A stretch of 64,000 bases of DNA from Diplonema japonicum (taxonomy: Eukaryota; Protista; Euglenozoa: Diplonemea): positions 372,001-436,000 of the forward strand of contig OZ025710.1 in the NCBI GenBank assembly GCA_964019335.1, written 5' to 3'. Shown piece after piece: positions 58,914-64,000 of the stretch (within the stretch, counting starts at the first letter, position 1; every line of letters starts with the position of its first letter). A program made the position numbers and the translations under genes. Below the pieces are notes generated by a model. It searched no databases. It had not been told where the DNA came from and saw only the letters and a list, made by a program, of their open reading frames with translations.

Positions 58914-61180
58914 ATGATAGACACCTTTGTCTTCGGCACAAAGGAAGAGTCCACAGACGGGAGCAGCACAGCAGGCAGTGACCCTGTGGAAGAAAATGGT
59001 TTCGAGAATGAGCTGTTAGTGGAACGCCATTTGCTAAGAACACAACTAACGGCGGTAGAAACCCGGCTGAGAGAGGCCAGCGATGAACTGTATTTCAGCG
59101 GGCTACGGTACAAAGAGAAGGAGACAACAATAACAGAGCTCCACACCGAGCTAGACACCGAGAGGGGTAAGGTCAAAACCGTCACCAAGCAAATGTTAGA
59201 GCTCCAACGAACATGCCAAGCTCAATACTCGCAAATCTTAGAACTACAGTACCAGGTAAGGCAAGGCCAAGGACAACCTCAAAGCCAGCTAGAAAAGCAA
59301 CGACAAGGCTCCGAGAAGTTCCACAAACAAAAGGACCTCACCATGACACTGTTAAAAAGAAAAAGAAAACTCAAAGAAGCGAACCTTAAGCTGCAACGGC
59401 AGGTCGAGACCCTAGAGGCATCACAGATGCAAATGGAAGACCCACAAGGCAGCACGATAGGAGACATGCTCCAACTCCTCCGACAGCGTGACGAAGCTGT
59501 GCGTGCTGAGCGCAACACGTGGCACCAAAAACAACGGTCAAACTCAATGCACATAGCATCCAGTGGGTCAGCCACAGGAAGGGAATCTCGGTCGGAAGCT
59601 GCGTGGGACCTCCCTTTGTACAAAACAGTGCTCACCACCCCCGACGACGCTTATTTGGAATGCAAGCTGCAGAAATCTGTTTTCGGTGAAAACCTCGCCT
59701 CCCTGCGAAAGGAGGTCTCGCCGCTCTTGAAGGAGCTCAAGGAAGCGTCTGACCGTTCCGCCAACCACCTGTGGGGCTTGTTCACCAACAAGCGTGCGGC
59801 ATACCGTCCTAAGGAGGAGTTCTTCAAGGAGACCAGCGCGCTGCTCACAAGGTCGAAGGTCTTCGTGGCAGAGACACTTAGAAAGGTGAACACCTTTGCG
59901 AAGAACCTGATGAGAGAAGAAAAAACTTTCAAAGACAAATGGCTTGCCGAGCATGCCCCATCTGTCAGTGCAGGGTGCCAGGTTGACATCGAGCTTCCTC
60001 CCGACCCCAGGATACAATCCTTGGAAAACGAGATTGCCATGCTGAAGAAGCGGCTCACTAAACTCCGCCAAGACCACACCATTACCGAGCAGGACACGGC
60101 ACTCGCGAAGGACAAGGCGGAGCTGTGCCTCGCTGCCGTGCAGAGGAAGTTCTTCTCCCTCCACCAGGAACTCTACACAGCACTGCACCTCGTGTTTAAA
60201 CACCGGTACCGGTGGATCGCAAGGCTCCCCAACCCCCTGCGGGACCTGAAGCAGAAGACATCCGGCAAGGTGCGGACGGACTCCACCCACCTCTCCCTTG
60301 CGTTCAACGCGCAGCTGGGGAACGTTGTTGACAAGGTAAACACAGATTTATAAAAAAAAAAAATAAAAAAAGGATATCGAGTATCTACGAAAGTTCAGCG
60401 AGTACTTCACCTCGGATGAGATCTTTGGTGTTGACATGGCTGCTGTTTGGTATTATTTCTGAGAAAAAAGAAAAAAAAAAGAAGAAGAAAAGAAGAAGAA
60501 AATTTATCCTCCACAGTGAAGAGCAACGGGCGAACAAAGACCAGAAGCCCTCCACATCAGGGGGGCCATCCAAGGAGCCTGTGGTGGCTAGGCGTGTGTC
60601 GTCCGCATTGGGGCAACAAAGCCAGCCGCAGGCGAAACCGTTGACGGAGAGCACGAGCGGAAACGGGAATACCGCTACCACCATGCAGAAAAGAAGGTGC
60701 TCGGCACCTGCTGCTGCAGTCCCTGCTGAACGGGACAAGGAGAACAGGCTTGAATGGGATATGACAAGGATGGAAAACTGGCGGGCCAAACAGTCCCTCA
60801 TTTGGGAGAAGCGCAGATGCTCTAACCTAGCTGTATCGAGAGACTCCATTACCTACGTCCCAGCAAGGCAGTCCACTACTGCGCAGGCACCCCCTACCCT
60901 GCAGCAAGTTGACGAACTCATCAACTGGAAGCAAGATGTCATCCAAGGAGGCAGCAGGCCTACTGTGTCACCCACTGACCCTGCCCCGCCGACCCAGAGA
61001 CAGGCCTCAGCGGTCTTTAACAGGATTATGCTGAAAAGGAGAAATCTCCCTTTGCGGCCTGCTAGCGAGCCAAACCTCTCGGAAGGCAGCTACGGACGAG
61101 GCTACCTTTTAGAGGGGAACAGGGTTCAACATGGGGGTGGTGGGAGTGGCCCCCCTAGACCGCAGTCAGTTTCTTCGTAA
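58914..61180 (+). CDS. Coiled-coil protein of unknown function; proposed model join(58914..60335,60373..60449,60517..61180), 720 aa
   Basis: The long Q/E/K/L-rich ORF 58914-60353 is well supported. Two GT-AG introns with compatible phases join it through a 77-nt exon (DIEYLRKFSEYFTSDEIFGVDMAAV) to the 60416-61180 frame. Confidence 0.7.
60336..60372 (+). other. Putative 37-nt GT-AG intron, phase 0, A-rich
   Basis: The junctions are AAG|GTAAAC...AAAAAAAG|GAT. Splicing removes the in-frame TAA. Confidence 0.65.
60450..60516 (+). other. Putative 67-nt GT-AG intron, phase 2, purine-rich
   Basis: The junctions are TG|GTATTA...CCTCCACAG|T. Splicing restores the frame as TGT-GAA-GAG. Confidence 0.65.
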
Positions 61181-61702
61181 TGAAGAATTTTTCTTTTTAT
61201 ATAGGTAGATAAGTAGAGACAAGGGGGACGTTCCAAAACAGGAACCTCCTTTATCTCATCTCTTCTTTTTATTTTTTTTTTCACCTATAGATAGAGCTTT
61301 TCTTTTTATTGTAATTTTTTTTTTTCGTACCTTTTTTGCACGCCCTTTTCAATTTTTTATTTGTTTAATTAGTACAATTTTTCTTTCTACTCTCCCCCCC
61401 CCACTATTTATTTATTGCGCCCCTCCCCTTTTTCAAAAGAAGGGAGAGCAATAAAAATAAATAAAAAATAAAAAAGTTTGGAGTGTGTTAAAAAAAAAAG
61501 AAAATTTTGCGGCAGTATTTTCAATTTTGTTTCTTTTCCTTCGTTCCTAACATTACACCACACCCCCCCCCTTTATTTTCTCCACAGCTTCTGTTTGTTT
61601 GCTTTTTTATTTTTTTTTTACTTTCTCCCTTCCCTGTAGCCGACCTTCAATTCACAGGATTGTAAAAAAGAGAGAAAAAAAAACACATTCCACACCAATA
61701 AG

Positions 61703-62584
61703 ATGTTTCTCAAGAAATCGACAAATATTATGAAAAACAAGACATGGGCCCCTACCCATATTCTGATGCGGGAGATCATTGCGAAGGCACAAGAAAAGGC
61801 CGAACTAGAACGGGCAAAAGAAGAACAAAGGGAACAGGAACGAAAAAAGGAAAGAGAGATCAAATACTACCAAGAACTGCAAGAGCAGGCAGGCGGTGAG
61901 AAGAAAAAGGAACGCGTGGACTGGATGTACGAATACGGAGGGGTAAGGAAGCAGGCAGGGGTCGGACTGGAGATGGTGAGTGCTGACAAACCAACAACTA
62001 CACCGCAAGCACTTGAAAAACCTGTTGAGGAAAAAGCAAACAAACGGCTGCTTGCTGTGGACTTGGAGAACAAGATCCGCGAGGACCCCATGATGGCCAT
62101 GCAGGCGGCAAGAATGCAAGCACTGCAAGAGAAACTGAACGATCCGATGTGGGCGCTTGCCTTGAACCAGAAACGGAAGAAGAAACACGAGAGTAGCAAG
62201 AAGAAAGAGAAGAAGGAGATGAAGCACCGCCGACGGAGGGACTCCACAGACTCAACAACAACGAGGCGTGTGAAGAGGATCCGCAGGGAGGAGGACGAGG
62301 AGCGCAGGGCGGCCAACTCGTACAACAAGTACAACAGAAGACGCCCCGAGCTGACGGAGGGGGAGAAGAGGCAGCGCTTGCGTGACATGGAGTCGGATGC
62401 CCGCAGCTGGGAACGTGAGAAGAGGAACAGAATCGACACAGCCGGCAGGCGGGACAGGCGGGAGGAGGAGGAGAACAAAACGGGCGGGGCGTCCTACATG
62501 CGCGAGGTGAACAAGCAAATGATGGGAAGGTCCCTTGAGGAGAGAATACGGACGAGCAAGAACCGGTTTGTGGCTTGTGTGTGA
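61703..62584 (+). CDS. CWC25: Pre-mRNA splicing (step-1 branching) factor CWC25-like, paralog A
   Basis: It has an N-terminal K.TW.P...KAQEK coiled coil, QEQAG..KERVDWMY, KIREDP and a K/R-rich tail. Confidence 0.8.
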   Translation: MFLKKSTNIMKNKTWAPTHILMREIIAKAQEKAELERAKEEQREQERKKEREIKYYQELQEQAGGEKKKERVDWMYEYGGVRKQAGVGLEMVSADKPTTTPQALEKPVEEKANKRLLAVDLENKIREDPMMAMQAARMQALQEKLNDPMWALALNQKRKKKHESSKKKEKKEMKHRRRRDSTDSTTTRRVKRIRREEDEERRAANSYNKYNRRRPELTEGEKRQRLRDMESDARSWEREKRNRIDTAGRRDRREEEENKTGGASYMREVNKQMMGRSLEERIRTSKNRFVACV

Positions 62585-62667
62585 TGATGACTTTTGTACA
62601 ATGTGCCATTAGGAGTCCCTTTAGCTTTCTGCCACATGCCTTTTGTGTCTGGGTCGTCACTCAGCGC

Positions 62668-62707
<40 letters not shown>

Positions 62708-63342
62708 CGATCCTGTCACCTGTCACATGCAAGACTTTTTTTATAAGTATATGCAACTTGTGCCGAGCAAAAAACTTTCGCAGCATTTTAGAAACCTTTT
62801 TGCTCGTGCGAACAAAAAGACATGGATAGTCATTAAGAATTTTTTTTCTTACAACGCAGACTACCTACATATCTTTTAGCAAGCAAACTTTTTGAAAGAA
62901 TTGTTATTGTAAAAAAAAAAAAGAAAAAAAGAGAAAAAAAAGAGTAGGGGCAGCTTGTCCTGTAGGCGAAACCGGCTTGCACAAACAATCAGCTGACTCT
63001 TTTTTTTTCTCACGGGCCTTTTTTTTTTTTCTCATTTGTTGTCTTCCCTTTCTTTCTGATATCTTCCTTAGACCTTCACCAGCAGGATCAATATGGACTG
63101 CCGGGGTCGCACCCCCCTACCCCCCCCCCTATATTAAATAATCACTGCATCTTATTCCTTTCTAGCTCTCATGCGGTGTGCTAGCTTACGGCCAGCCCTC
63201 GATTTCCTTACTTTTGTTTTCTTTTTTATCTTTGAGGATTCCAAAGATTCACCCCATCCCATCCCACCCCCCATTCAAATACCACAGGACACACCACCCC
63301 ACCTCATCCTTCAAAAACAAAACAAAACAACAAGCTGCTAAG

Positions 63343-64000
63343 ATGTACGCCAAAAAGCAAACGAACATCATGCGGCACAAGCACTGGCACACCGGTGGCT
63401 TCATAATGCGTGATAAGGTGGCAAAAGCACAAGAAAAGGAAGAATTAGAGAAGAAAAAGCAGGACATAAGGGAAAAAGAGAGGGAGAAGGAAAGAGAGAT
63501 CAAATACTACCAAGAACTGCAAGAGCAGGCAGGCGGTGAGAAGAAAAAGGAACGCGTGGACTGGATGTACGAATACGGAGGGGTAAGGAAGCAGGCAGGG
63601 GTCGGACTGGAGATGGTGAGTGCTGACAAACCAACAACTACACCGCAAGCACTTGAAAAACCTGTTGAGGAAAAAGCAAACAAACGGCTGCTTGCTGTGG
63701 ACTTGGAGAACAAGATCCGCGAGGACCCCATGATGGCCATGCAGGCGGCAAGAATGCAAGCACTGCAAGAGAAACTGAACGATCCGATGTGGGCGCTTGC
63801 CTTGAACCAGAAACGGAAGAAGATGCAAGAGAAGGAGGAAAAAAAGAACAAAAAGGACAAGAAAGAAAAGAAAAAAGAAAAGAAAGAGAAGAAAGAAAAG
63901 AAGGAAAAGCACCGCCGTCACAGGTCCTCCTCCTCGTCAACAGGCAACAGGAAGCGCCGACGGAGGGACTCCACAGACTCAACAACAACGAGGCGTGTGA
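63343..64000 (+). CDS. CWC25: CWC25-like, paralog B (3'-partial, missing from the ORF track)
   Basis: The ATG at 63343 gives MYAKKQTNIMRHKHWHTGGF..KVAKAQEK, and the frame is open to the window end. Bases 63487-63823 are identical to 61847-62183. Confidence 0.85.
   Translation, partial: MYAKKQTNIMRHKHWHTGGFIMRDKVAKAQEKEELEKKKQDIREKEREKEREIKYYQELQEQAGGEKKKERVDWMYEYGGVRKQAGVGLEMVSADKPTTTPQALEKPVEEKANKRLLAVDLENKIREDPMMAMQAARMQALQEKLNDPMWALALNQKRKKMQEKEEKKNKKDKKEKKKEKKEKKEKKEKHRRHRSSSSSTGNRKRRRRDSTDSTTTRRV

Noticed and set aside
62955-62980. GGCGAAACC resembling a hammerhead ribozyme core
   Set aside because: There is no correctly placed CTGANGA and no supporting stems.
1-64000. tRNA, rRNA or spliced-leader RNA genes
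   Set aside because: I recognised none by eye. A covariance-model search would be needed to exclude them.

Overview
This is eukaryotic protist DNA. All host genes lie on the + strand, are mostly intronless, and are separated by homopolymer-rich spacers with polypyrimidine-AG sites, which suggests a euglenozoan (diplonemid-like) polycistronic unit. That assignment is inferred, not proven. Bases 2-37402 are one uninterrupted ORF of at least 12,466 aa, probably 5'-truncated, encoding a giant type I membrane protein. It has 18 vWA domains spaced by short Cys/Trp modules, about 32 Ca-EGF-like repeats, two bacterial-adhesin-like Ig domains (one carrying a C-type lectin), a TM helix and a short acidic tail. 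Each vWA has a different loop on its MIDAS face and a family-specific FGxHPxG motif. Downstream are a Trf4/TENT4-like gene and an acireductone dioxygenase-like gene, both with substituted catalytic residues. Then come two adjacent MITE-like elements, a tandem pair of Ala-rich helical proteins differing mainly in Ser-Pro clusters, an RIIa/EF-hand (RSP7-like) gene, a sterol desaturase/fatty-acid hydroxylase, and a deleted piggyBac with TIRs. The window ends with a coiled-coil gene that I reconstruct across two tiny A-rich GT-AG introns, and tandem CWC25 paralogs with divergent N-termini around an identical core. All domain calls come from motif recognition by eye; no searches were run.
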